In this document: positions 50,201 to 56,211 of the stretch, piece after piece
How positions within the stretch are numbered: position 1 is the first letter of the stretch
Layout: every line of letters starts with the position of its first letter
Virus record (IMG/VR): IMGVR_UViG_3300046804_003910
Coordinates: 1 to 57,042 of that record
Length of the DNA: 57,042 nt
DNA from: a virus
Taxonomy: Duplodnaviria > Caudoviricetes
Strand: one strand, 5' to 3'
Notes under the pieces: model-generated
The model's input: only the letters and a program-made list of their open reading frames with translations
The model's database searches: none
Told to the model about the DNA's origin: nothing
Position numbers and translations under genes: made by a program

Positions 50201-52095
50201 TAGCAGAAGCAGAAAGACGTAAACAAGAATTATTAATTGGTGGCGGCCGAGGTAATGTAGAAAATGTTGCTAGAAAACCACAGATACAAACAATATTAAC
50301 GCCACAAGAAAACGAGGCAGCAAGACAACAAACTCTTGAAGCGGCTAATGTTGCGGATCAAGCGGCCATAAGTGCTGCTACTATTGGTGTTGGCGTAGCA
50401 ACAGGAGGATCCTCTTTAGCTGTACAGTTGGTGGCAGGAACAGCCACAAGCGCTGCTGGGAATATATATGCTGCAGAAAAGGGTAATATTAGCTATGAAG
50501 AGGCGGGACGAAATGTTGCTTTAGAGGCCCTTGGAACAGTTGCTGGGGTGGCACTAGCTCCTGGGGTAGTCAAAGGAGCACGAGCAGCAGCGGCACCAGT
50601 TGGAGATGCTGCTACAAGCGCCACAAAAAGAGCAGGACAAAGAGCTGCTGATTTTGTATTCCCTCCTAGAACAAGAGATGTTTATGATAGTATTAAACCA
50701 TGGGAGCTTGGACCAGGACCAGACGCACGATTATCATCGCCTCTTGATGTTCCTGGAAGACCGGGTAGAATAGATTTGTATGATGGTAAAGATTTTGTAA
50801 GATCTATACCTCAAACAAGGCCAGATTTTAGTGCAATGCCTTCTACATCTTCCAATAAACCAATGAAATCTGGTAGCAGAGGTAATAAATTAACAAATGC
50901 AGAAATAAAACAAATCAATGCTGAGGCAGCAGCATCGTCCGCAAAACCTATAAATGCTGATTTAGCTCAATCTCAGAGTAAGAGTAAAAAAATTGTACCT
51001 AAAAGAACACCTGATCAAGAACGTGCATTTTCTAAATATAAGGCTGATGCTATGGAGCAAAGGAGACAAAGAGAAAGAAATTTTAGAGATTATGCTTATA
51101 GAGAAGCGGATTACAGTACAGTTAATTACAATTACAATCAAGAGTATGAAGATTATCTAGATTCTCTTGGTTTTTATCAGTGGGAGTATGAATCTGACCT
51201 AATGGACCTATATAAATATAAAAAGAATTTAAAGGCTCCAAAAAGAAACCTTGTGTCTCAACCATCTTCTATTAACGAAATAAGAAAAGCAAAATACGAG
51301 CAATTAAAAAAACGTCGCACTAGAGATATCATAAGAAAAGCCAGAGCGGATAAAACAGCGTCACCCTCGCTTCGAAAAGCCCCAGCAACTCTAGCTCGCG
51401 GAGGAGTAGCATACGCCAGTAATGGAGCGCTAATGTCTGCAAGATCTGGCACAGACACTGTTCCTGCAATGTTAACTCCGGGAGAATTTGTTGTTAATAG
51501 AGAAGCATCACAAAGACATATGCCAATATTAGAAGCTATTAATAGTGGACATTTTAATAGAGGTGGAATAGTTAATTATTTGGCCAATGGAGGCGTAGTT
51601 GCTCCAAAATATTATGCTGAAGGAGGTAATATACCAGCTTCTAGCGCTAAGAATAGTGGTGGTGTATCTAGTAATGTGGCAGAAGTGCAAAATGCTATTA
51701 GCGAACAAATACAAGCACAAATGGGTCAAATGCAATCAATGTATGAGACTGCCGGTGCTATGATGGCAAGCATGAACACCACAACCTCCAACTTGGTTAA
51801 TGGATTAACTACTACGGCCAGTAGTTTACAAACTTATTCTACTAATATTAGTAATATTAGTTTACCAGAAACAATAACATTCCAAGGAAACATAACCTCT
51901 AATCATAATTTTAACGGCGCAGATGCGGCAAACCATGTATTAAAAGATCTAGGCCCAACAATGAAACAACAAACAAATAAACAAATCAAAGGAGCATTTG
52001 ATAAAGTAAATAAAGGAGTTGGTAATTTAGATTCTGGATCTTTGGGCGTTAATACCAATGGAATTATAGGCGGCAGCACCGGTAACACAGCTTAA
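35290..52095 (+). CDS. Giant tape-measure protein (5601 aa) with multiple enzymatic cargo domains
   Basis: N-terminal TP901-type TMP domain (FIDYDKELVRLQQVTG...LAQAGLS...SAETIATGLRTIFTRI); five DT[VI]PA[ML]L[TS][PK]GE[FY]V modules; internal DGDT, HELTH, GVAGAGKS, TAGH and YHGS motifs. Confidence 0.9.
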   Translation: MAQGFNLTAQLNLVGPTNVRQIASQIRRDLGTVDATVNFKLDPAATKNVTALNTALKQLNTTLNATNTSATSAANAIKNLSSSINSVKANNLSKQLNSAAKATSNLNKSNNKIQSSIAGASNEMQEFGKQAGLAVRRFTAFATVTSVIYGLTNSINRGVQAFIDYDKELVRLQQVTGQSLKGLSSLQSAITNLATSLGVGSKELTTVAVTLAQAGLSAKDTEKSLKALALSSLAPSFDNMNETVEGSIALMRQFGIGAVDLEKALGSVNAVAAKFAVEASDIITAIQRTGGVFATASRGVSEGTDALNEFIAVFTSVRATTRESAETIATGLRTIFTRIQRGDTIDALKEFGVNLTDAQGKFVGAYKAVELLSKGLNSIDPRDLKFSQIVEELGGFRQIGKVIPLIQQFATAQQALAVAQQGQGSLAEDAATGQKSLANQISKVKEQFFALFREIGQSQGFQTLAKGALNLASALIKILDATKSLLPALSVVLAFKGSKALTEFVGGLGRGFRRGPDNKAGAGKNEPFARGGVVKKFARGGVVPGSGNRDTVPAMLTPGEFVIRKKAVETIGADNLHNMNKYGTGGSIRKGTSNRRRKFAKGGKAAKLASIDGDFRAVDGDTFDATVTPTGDQFTARFRVAEFDTYEGRGKASLVSADKAKKIMSLNKGKPPLEESSGRYKVPKDYKVTKNDTAATAAQEAKKELQSKLDQFVGPEAAKKTVPGGGGVGRYLAKTGFSMPDSLTTGRKWDEKGKELLNVGGVVKKFMAGGKAPEVVFGTGQTKFPKRITNAYAKELQKKLDSERVNNAFDPYPTNERITIDPAEVQQKFQGEPFDRKRFLSLFNTKVSRNELIGNLSDFAKFIGLPGEDLSKILPQTIDFGGELQRYGNRGTFSRDPFSTQGYDTKGLEAYGFTAADEQDLFGYQKLIDEKTKEIKKIIKTPIETFEDGSFSYDSAAFLKATSEKDELSKKLSAVMDKRAVARKALMEQKKSILASTGRGFVSLASNAFERNQPKNVLYHELTHQLFNSLRAKSEDSFAKYKERVSQLFGGDNDDLADAFDALGGSYNSADVVYGRSYKNGLLDTVLQNLRQGTINSGGRSANPELSKEAYSMWVESGQKKNAREYRPINPKINEILLKGGQRQDTIDKVEDYGKEEFLTTLIQNAPKLDSNMQGILDSTLNELLGNAGIQRQTYAGGGKVMRNLGYIDFDVINDPANAKTVEKAMKEAGVDGPRKYTEYLMDLATKARKNTSIQKLTALYGVAGAGKSSIAMGRGANDIGTLRQTNRFPILTPEDISKASEVMLLSSTVSQDKLEGMFKEADKIYGLSTTTQEEKDRVRKQRTMRDVSGIGLFGREAGSTTGAPTDTAKEEALLMDRFGDKTTILGRGDSNRLRRKKGNELVEITKKKLAFTWGGFAPTTAGHESIMEAAKAAGIPYEDFIALVGANEGIDAKSYRTAVFDQDFRLALAKAGFGSKGASVLPKAFGDMSVPLAFDMGEKGGRRQITLAGEGSMAFVADKTEQQMEKYKKAGYGVTNLERTGGISGTQVRDLLLNGDLEGLQKIVSPGVFSLLKDNISQLQNRANVLPVLIEQAEAAYKQEVAAIDEQLAATGITRANNKKAETDPEYAEQLKLYQSLKEKKKKLETKKSFEPYRLLRQLADSDPAKYGLRFDTVSSAVSGPSSAMQQAILEKVAKQTAVKKSSGILPAEGREILKRFGADRLPTDPMFGPFAGKTVRDTAEGGKLKYWNSAFRPETKADKLAYYTATRDYLIDKFNESQGSQRATALKDTTNAVLSSAQLGLVGLNPLGYTGLLGPETWNLGTDPSGQERSIDASIVQRGLPRQYQNVIDYLSGETEQLVGGAAKLLGINPKKLTQKQRETLGQGNIEGALLEQIFGSADATILDDALRTRPIDFPSGIGPKAASIFGIDPDIPTEVKRTIDSGSRAKAVEEFQRYFRQQYGIPDPDKQKVQALADGGAVKLYHGSNTGIDDNVLKNFKEKGALSNIATGYGQGAGFYLYTEKNKAEQQAKMRVNGGSGFTLASGDRSGKPMVLSFNEVLDPKTFDLDYELQKKLVVQWIHDNYDLLKDKYAPSETQTGLKDKFDKNPDAGMMSVGIRVQEGSQTLKSEDGAEFEVKGGARKSIYAGSEGDVREGALLGQLMSRIQAGDPDLVQQFESGLFKHPLGLALKYVGSTPLKPTNIETFATGGRAGISPKDTVPALLTPGEFVINKQAAQKIGYGKLNQLNKADKVKGYNKGGAVGAVQRLALGGSVDPNSIIRQLGDWIMATSKENQITKFDTRPSNISRSTTATSKDVNEDLESIVKSLNDLGYSAAESATLIKKLRNTSEISYKELEKALSKDIANLKALGAGFDTIIQAETALAKIREKGQSQVDLKKNLEGAFGQRGNVSDKLLGGKLNIGDIGGGSAAAQTAIERQAEYLIKQRTSSLKSAGKEVDLAKITEQAYVKATSKVSGIDSKAFKSYGISGKDIKNYIDESKKNAKTLQELDQALLSQKLAELRNSAAYSAASRSEKARLEKDLRAETRREISVRRSLINDLAKRTGSKGVGATDMMDFNNSPILKALKSITLPGALMGASTAAGLIGGQGALIGKAMYGAKDDASQLQAAKTAVAVENAGVTISTGLATAAQIIQTVPGKAGLIAAAVVAIGSAIYAAADWFGDFSGKQQEAAIQKQKELMATRTEAAQRNLDLASTNLDRDPNNIGFINAFTDALNNINTINATNAVIDVKTAELDFKMNAPVDEKALWAGSENVDMGFLGLNKLGDTLGRWASQFLPEWTGMGAPKQKFGAPEMAKVSAQIASQNQGAANKALQTVTQAMMEQNVGRESILTGEKYQSQRTAVMMGDLDGVKMFNAMLVEAKNRAGGRELSEEEVIAVQKRATEEYIKNGSAVLESTIKSAEVAKAMEEADRAGRKLATSLNKMIDAIDQSINRIQAESQERAKASKQMIKAIGGEGGPASYTNRARSIIDNPMAYSEDEYKGAMKQVGDMVGGEQGRNLTGLVGIGANMSDAMYAGIVNKLGGKASTSKEEAAKEAIATGTEYINNLDVSDDVKKVLIEKLTANVNQIAEKMGEASFANNPQQAVDQFAAAVRDSSSALGDNLESKAKETAKALLALKDNALNEFAQGLQESSEYLRQAARLRIKADKIAYDANNDLREITTGVGESYGEAKGQLMKEVGSLTGGATDPAAIGKMIEDEAGKNRALNQKLQDAQNSGDVDAASKLIREIQESNDKLYNYNDALDKLADSTELYQKALDEARNIAGLQDQRKGFIEKLLTNTPEEADKLNQSFIRLQRNLSGGFNNPQNQRDARKAFNETYFKTGNVREAARAGNTVLANQRKETLALQQDPGFRAMRELNLRNQGASEADIKAMFAKEEANLMRQMAVESGYANNPAIMQAINSIENRNVDPAFQKASQQVLEAAGLRKAATEEQARVKETQALIANETATINLTNAVNNLSIVMQDAFARNMRVEGGRIPGPAGGKVPLNLGVGAPAAPKSKGGLIYAADGTYVNFEPKGTDTIPAMLSKGEYVVNAKSTKKNLSLLEAINGGKVNGMSKGGIVYLSTGGEPVKPASPKFKPDKGPRKPNEVEADTVPLLVIKNRDYPGSLTPEEQARVNSYVGFTNFTSNMPGQVWYVDPKTGQHRVKDAPKSRDLYGWDFHDASDPAWIKKKETLFKQAEARAESQLTQLTLQRGFMGKGSGPNKGNNRLVTPAAEPLSRMSNIIPQEDLNKMASIQRGINDGTYQPTVKDQDFLDSMEAKVKEQITPFNTMAGDYGQTMNYITDLRLKVSDISIKAGKDENSKIVPINLTDPRLDFARERIRKLKEEGREKEIPAYIDGLKKKMGYGRDINAPSSEIDPKFKGANSYSASWRQNRSVLFGKADYEWLDRVKEGDPEATAKFLDPQNNATANIGPAPTAPKVSDFKGSGGADAYREAQTKYKADLARWESGKAAVDSRSGTNKPGTMKYSEEELQAMREYLKYHGGPLTEHYPSNYDTYRLNNDPSVLGRRLYLMSRMTSGGMTVSERKEWELLRYNNPEGIRKWRKDIEEWRQTPQAKALDPRSGAGKKYPYSIPDESQAQKESRQRQLENRDRATTNGNKFTIEGGRSTQNSAPLVLPEPKEGFPITLPNIPENKAQQEQPEVKTNTGIVPSVIPQKPFSGKVWRLTTVGNNGEITTRNYRSKEAYLNAKKKQAEAKANGGLIYASLGQHIDFAPKGTDTIPAMLTPGEFVVNARATKENLPLLHAINDGKTNGMSKGGIVYLATGGDPSKPQGPKPPATKTKSKAPTKADVQKLERARTDAQQTSWMMSEAAGVAPDEVVNRSAASWTESQVGYGKWQTMSEQQRQEEIDKNKPVFQRKWDSYNARQNAAMEQSAREAGYENAKNDPNAGIVGANFFNTEKTRSMTEFDKAQADYEKARDAAIAAQEPMPNSSAPPMIGQSAYPNQAARDQAVQQKAEELARKEGITHPPVTTGEDGETVIGAVPRFEALPPLQKAFIALHKDNARKSNTETSVTQGKAEIEHDIQTMRSYVGAVDDKGNPLVKPEDAAKVNAILDKYDPNNPTAYAEELDQALQNNEPGSSGRTFNDIRTKALERNLDTTYQEAVQSKIPVAEQHIAGDAKAEAEAQRLMPGQTMAPTTKGGNNPTTWLYEPAGTMKPVDLDPKTKKAAEEAANTVFAQAEYGASGQLKARTDALAKVNSPDFDKLPKDEQEKIRKDAIANPPSEVTRAVEKEIKENMVREYSQKEYDKARAAGKSEEEANKARAKVERDLQQNNTATYSGFDSEYKLRTQPSHVYKPGTVGEQYKKTYDNILKRQVDEAQQQVATMAAQGENATFEFQGQQIPVQNLSTKNSMGRDTSGGASNARLRLDRYNTLTQTQANLDATINKARRDAADAEREIGSRTIGEKVGESLVGLGSELQGNFTYQSGAEKAKAKADAALAEAERRKQELLIGGGRGNVENVARKPQIQTILTPQENEAARQQTLEAANVADQAAISAATIGVGVATGGSSLAVQLVAGTATSAAGNIYAAEKGNISYEEAGRNVALEALGTVAGVALAPGVVKGARAAAAPVGDAATSATKRAGQRAADFVFPPRTRDVYDSIKPWELGPGPDARLSSPLDVPGRPGRIDLYDGKDFVRSIPQTRPDFSAMPSTSSNKPMKSGSRGNKLTNAEIKQINAEAAASSAKPINADLAQSQSKSKKIVPKRTPDQERAFSKYKADAMEQRRQRERNFRDYAYREADYSTVNYNYNQEYEDYLDSLGFYQWEYESDLMDLYKYKKNLKAPKRNLVSQPSSINEIRKAKYEQLKKRRTRDIIRKARADKTASPSLRKAPATLARGGVAYASNGALMSARSGTDTVPAMLTPGEFVVNREASQRHMPILEAINSGHFNRGGIVNYLANGGVVAPKYYAEGGNIPASSAKNSGGVSSNVAEVQNAISEQIQAQMGQMQSMYETAGAMMASMNTTTSNLVNGLTTTASSLQTYSTNISNISLPETITFQGNITSNHNFNGADAANHVLKDLGPTMKQQTNKQIKGAFDKVNKGVGNLDSGSLGVNTNGIIGGSTGNTA

Positions 52096-52111
52096 TCATA
52101 TAAGGTTAATT

Positions 52112-55100
52112 ATGCAAAATTTACTTAGAATTTTTGACAATATTGCTTTTACTTTTAGTTTGAATGGAGACCATATAAAACCCGGCTCCCCACTGCAAAA
52201 CTATAAACTATTAGACAACAATCACATAGGATACAATATTCCATATATAGCAAGAAATTCTAGTGCTAAAAGTTATGAGACAGGTATTGGTGCGGTAGTT
52301 ATTAAAGACGGAATTATACAAGTAAAAAAAATTAAAGTATTATCATCATCTAATGATAACGCTTCTGTTCAATTTGAAAATGCTAACAATGAATTTTTTG
52401 TATTTGCCAATCAAGAATTTTTTGATAAAGCTATAACAAATGTTATGGTTATTAATTCTGACGCATCTTTAGAACCTATCTCTGCACTTTATCTGATAGA
52501 GTGTGAGAATAATCTAAATATAAAATTACCAGCTGTTGAAGAATGTAATAATACAATATTAGACTTTAAAATAATTAACCCAACTAATTATAGCGTGACC
52601 CTTAGATCATCAGACGATGCTGTTATAACAACTATTACTAATAATGACTATAAAAGATTTGCTGTTTATAATAATAGATGGATAGAGGTGTCTGGATCAT
52701 CAATTAGTTCTATTAAAGCATTATCTGTTAATGATTCTTTTACAGCACTATCTGACCCGGCCGGCGATAATAATTCTTTTCAATACAAGGTAGATAATAC
52801 AACTTTTGCGGGATCAGACATTTATTGGCACACAACTAGTGGACTATTATTCGGCTCAGATTCAGCCAGTTCTGCAAAAAATATTATACCATATACTGGA
52901 AACAATTCTACTTTATTTAATCTTTCTAATGATGCGAGTGATTTTATCATCTATGGAAGCGGAAATCCAAATAGAAACTTTTTCTTTGCTTATGATGGTA
53001 GAATAGGATTAAATATACCAACAGGACTTAGGCCACTAACATTAGTTCATATAATCAATACAGGATGTCAGCAAGGAATAAGATTAGAGAACAGAGTCTC
53101 ATGTGTTCCTGCTAATATTACTCTTTATCATAAACCAGCCACAGATGTTGTATCAGATACTGTCATTTCTCAAATTCATCTGAATTCTAAAAACTCTGAA
53201 GGTAATGAAACATATTATTCTAGGTTACAGGCTAAAGCTACAGAAGTAACAGCAGGAAACGAAAAAGGTGGACTAGAAATTATAGTAGTTTCTGGTTCAT
53301 CATATATAAAAACCATTAATACTAATACAGATTCTACAAGCATTGGATATAATAACCAAAAACTAAATATTTCTAATAACAGTAATATACTATTGTATAA
53401 TACAAATGCAGGACTAAGAATCAGTAGTACCGGAGTGGCAATTAGTGGCTCAACAATAAGTCTGAATGCTGCGGCAATACTTACCACTGGAGTTATCAGT
53501 GCAAAATTACAGTCAGAACAAATTAAATTAACTAATATATCCCCTAATAGCATTTTAACAATAGATAGTGAAGGAATAATATCTGCAGCATCATCGTCTG
53601 TTAATGACAACGGATCAATACAATTGTCAATAGCAGATAACAAATTATTGACAACTACTAATAATGGTAACATTACTGGCATATATAATATTGATGATTA
53701 TTTCTTAACAAATAAAGATATTTCTTGGAATTTTTATCCAAAAGAAACAGGAATAATATGCACAAGAGATATAACATTTGCAAGTCCTGTTAATGCCAAT
53801 GAATTTTCCGTTGGTGATCAAGTGGTTATTGACGTATCAGGAACTAATTATTATAGAACTGTTGATGAATTATCCTTAAATAATAATGAAATAATTGGAA
53901 TCAGAATAAATGAAATTTTATCTATTGGTGGAACTAATGATGTTCAAGTATATTCAATAACTAAGGGCGGATATCTTGAATTATCTAAATATGTTGATGA
54001 CGGAATAACATCAGATGCAACATCTCATATTTTAAGTATCAGACCAAATTTAAATACAACATTTAATACCAACAAGAAAAATACAAATTTTGAAATTTAT
54101 GGATTGAATTCTGATCCAGCATTTAGTGTTAAAGCCAGTGGATCTACTGTGGGTATAAATACTGCTGATGCATATGTGATACCTTCTGGTCGAACCATTA
54201 TTACAGAACAACCGGCAAGTAATATTGCTAATTTAACTGTTGATGGATGGCTTTATGCTAAAAAGATGATGGTTGGAGAAGTAGGCTCATCATCGTCAGC
54301 ATTAATTAGTCCATCATTTATTGAAACTAGTGGATTAAAAACTAAAACATTACAATATGTTAATTTACAACAGATAGATGTTAGTGGTAATATATTATCA
54401 ATTAATAATGGCCCACTATATGTTACATCAGGCGTTAACAATACTCAAAATATACAATCATACTCTAATATAGAATATTCTTCAAATCAAATAAATAATA
54501 AGACGCTAAGTGTATTTAGCAGTGGATTAAGGGCGTATTCTCAGTCTGGAAATCCAGCACTATATGTATATCCAAAAATTAATAATTCTGTTAGTGGAAG
54601 CGCATATAGTGGAGTATTTTTTAACACATTTCTGGACAGAGCCAAATCTACAGCCTCTGGGTGGTCATATGACACCAATGCCAAGATAACAATTAATACG
54701 GATACTCCTTATGTTATTAATTCTTTAGCAACAGGAACATATCTTGTAAATTCGATACTTGTTACAGGGTATGGATATTTATATTCTGATTTGACGGTTA
54801 ATGGAATAACATATAGTTCAGAGATTATTACTAATGACATATATTTAAAACCATCTCCTAGTAGTAATAATACTGGAAAATATATAGCTAATGCATTGTT
54901 AACTATAGATCGTAATGGAAAGATCATATCAAAAATTCCAACAGAAAATTACACTGTTCCTGGCGCCCCGCAAAATCTAAGTTCAACACAAGGAAACGGC
55001 ATTGGTAATGGAGAAATATCATTAATATGGACTGCGCCAGTAAATAATGGTGGAACACCCATATTATCATATATTATTGAATTTTCATTAGATGATGGAG

Positions 55101-55678
55101 ACACTTGGACCAGATTACCTGTTGGGAATTATACTCTAAATAGAGCCTCGTCAAATTCAACCCATTGTTCCATTCTGGGGCTTTCTCCTATTAATGACTA
55201 TCGCTTTAGAGTTGCTGCACAAAATAATATTGGAATAGGATCATTTTCCAATAATTCTGATACACTAACGCCAGAATCATCCGCTCCAAAAGCTCCAAAT
55301 AATTTAACATATACTAGAAATTATAACGAAAATAATACTTCTGATATTAGTTTGAGTTGGTTGGCTAGTGATGCCGGAGGAGCCCCTATAATAGGATATA
55401 CTATACAAGAATCTACAGATAAAGGATTAACATGGCAAGACTACAATAATACATCTAATTTTATAACAGGAACATCAGAAGTGGTATATGCTACTAATTC
55501 AAGTTTAGATTATTATTATAGAATTTCTGCGTGGAATGATTATAATAGCTTAAATAACCAAAGTTCATTTGCGTACATATATGTTTCTGGCACCAATCCT
55601 GGAGCACCATTTGATACAATAGATAACAGTTTATCTAATTGGGACTTTGGTGTTGTATTATTTACGGGAGTATGTTAG
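52112..55678 (+). CDS. Distal tail protein with two C-terminal fibronectin type III domains
   Basis: VPGAPQNL...LIWTAPVNNGGTPILSYIIE...YRFRVAAQNNIG, followed by a second similar domain. Confidence 0.8.
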   Translation: MQNLLRIFDNIAFTFSLNGDHIKPGSPLQNYKLLDNNHIGYNIPYIARNSSAKSYETGIGAVVIKDGIIQVKKIKVLSSSNDNASVQFENANNEFFVFANQEFFDKAITNVMVINSDASLEPISALYLIECENNLNIKLPAVEECNNTILDFKIINPTNYSVTLRSSDDAVITTITNNDYKRFAVYNNRWIEVSGSSISSIKALSVNDSFTALSDPAGDNNSFQYKVDNTTFAGSDIYWHTTSGLLFGSDSASSAKNIIPYTGNNSTLFNLSNDASDFIIYGSGNPNRNFFFAYDGRIGLNIPTGLRPLTLVHIINTGCQQGIRLENRVSCVPANITLYHKPATDVVSDTVISQIHLNSKNSEGNETYYSRLQAKATEVTAGNEKGGLEIIVVSGSSYIKTINTNTDSTSIGYNNQKLNISNNSNILLYNTNAGLRISSTGVAISGSTISLNAAAILTTGVISAKLQSEQIKLTNISPNSILTIDSEGIISAASSSVNDNGSIQLSIADNKLLTTTNNGNITGIYNIDDYFLTNKDISWNFYPKETGIICTRDITFASPVNANEFSVGDQVVIDVSGTNYYRTVDELSLNNNEIIGIRINEILSIGGTNDVQVYSITKGGYLELSKYVDDGITSDATSHILSIRPNLNTTFNTNKKNTNFEIYGLNSDPAFSVKASGSTVGINTADAYVIPSGRTIITEQPASNIANLTVDGWLYAKKMMVGEVGSSSSALISPSFIETSGLKTKTLQYVNLQQIDVSGNILSINNGPLYVTSGVNNTQNIQSYSNIEYSSNQINNKTLSVFSSGLRAYSQSGNPALYVYPKINNSVSGSAYSGVFFNTFLDRAKSTASGWSYDTNAKITINTDTPYVINSLATGTYLVNSILVTGYGYLYSDLTVNGITYSSEIITNDIYLKPSPSSNNTGKYIANALLTIDRNGKIISKIPTENYTVPGAPQNLSSTQGNGIGNGEISLIWTAPVNNGGTPILSYIIEFSLDDGDTWTRLPVGNYTLNRASSNSTHCSILGLSPINDYRFRVAAQNNIGIGSFSNNSDTLTPESSAPKAPNNLTYTRNYNENNTSDISLSWLASDAGGAPIIGYTIQESTDKGLTWQDYNNTSNFITGTSEVVYATNSSLDYYYRISAWNDYNSLNNQSSFAYIYVSGTNPGAPFDTIDNSLSNWDFGVVLFTGVC

Positions 55679-55679
55679 T

Positions 55680-56207
55680 ATGAAAATTTTATTAAAAAGA
55701 GACGAAACGAGTCTGGGTTTTCCTGGAGCAGATCAAATTAGTATTGGTGAGTTAGTGATTAATAGTAGAACTGGAAAGTTATATTCTAAATTAACAGATG
55801 GTTCGATTATAGAGTGGTCTGGCAAAGTTGTTTGTCCAAGTAATTATGTGACAGAAATTAAAATTTACTACAAGGCCGCTTTGGTTGACAGTGATAAAAT
55901 TGAAAATTTTTGCGGTAATGGAGAAGTGTTAGAGTTTGAGATTCTTCCTCTTATTTCTGATTTTACAGATTATACTTTTGACTTTGTAGAACTTACGAAT
56001 AACACATCTGGACAAGATATTATTGTTGAACAGCCAGTATACTCAAACTATATCGAGAATAATATTACAAAATCTAAAGCGTCTGTTAGAGTTAATTTAA
56101 CAATTGACGACGTAAAACAATCTACTAGTATTTTTAAATTTTCTGTAATAAGAAATGATATTAGTCAAAAAATAATTGAAAAACTAATAACAATACAGTG
56201 TTTATAA
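55680..56207 (+). CDS. Hypothetical tail protein
   Basis: MKILLKRDE...IGELVINSRTGKLY resembles fibre N-terminal motifs; GGAG RBS. Confidence 0.6.
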   Translation: MKILLKRDETSLGFPGADQISIGELVINSRTGKLYSKLTDGSIIEWSGKVVCPSNYVTEIKIYYKAALVDSDKIENFCGNGEVLEFEILPLISDFTDYTFDFVELTNNTSGQDIIVEQPVYSNYIENNITKSKASVRVNLTIDDVKQSTSIFKFSVIRNDISQKIIEKLITIQCL

Positions 56208-56211
56208 AATT

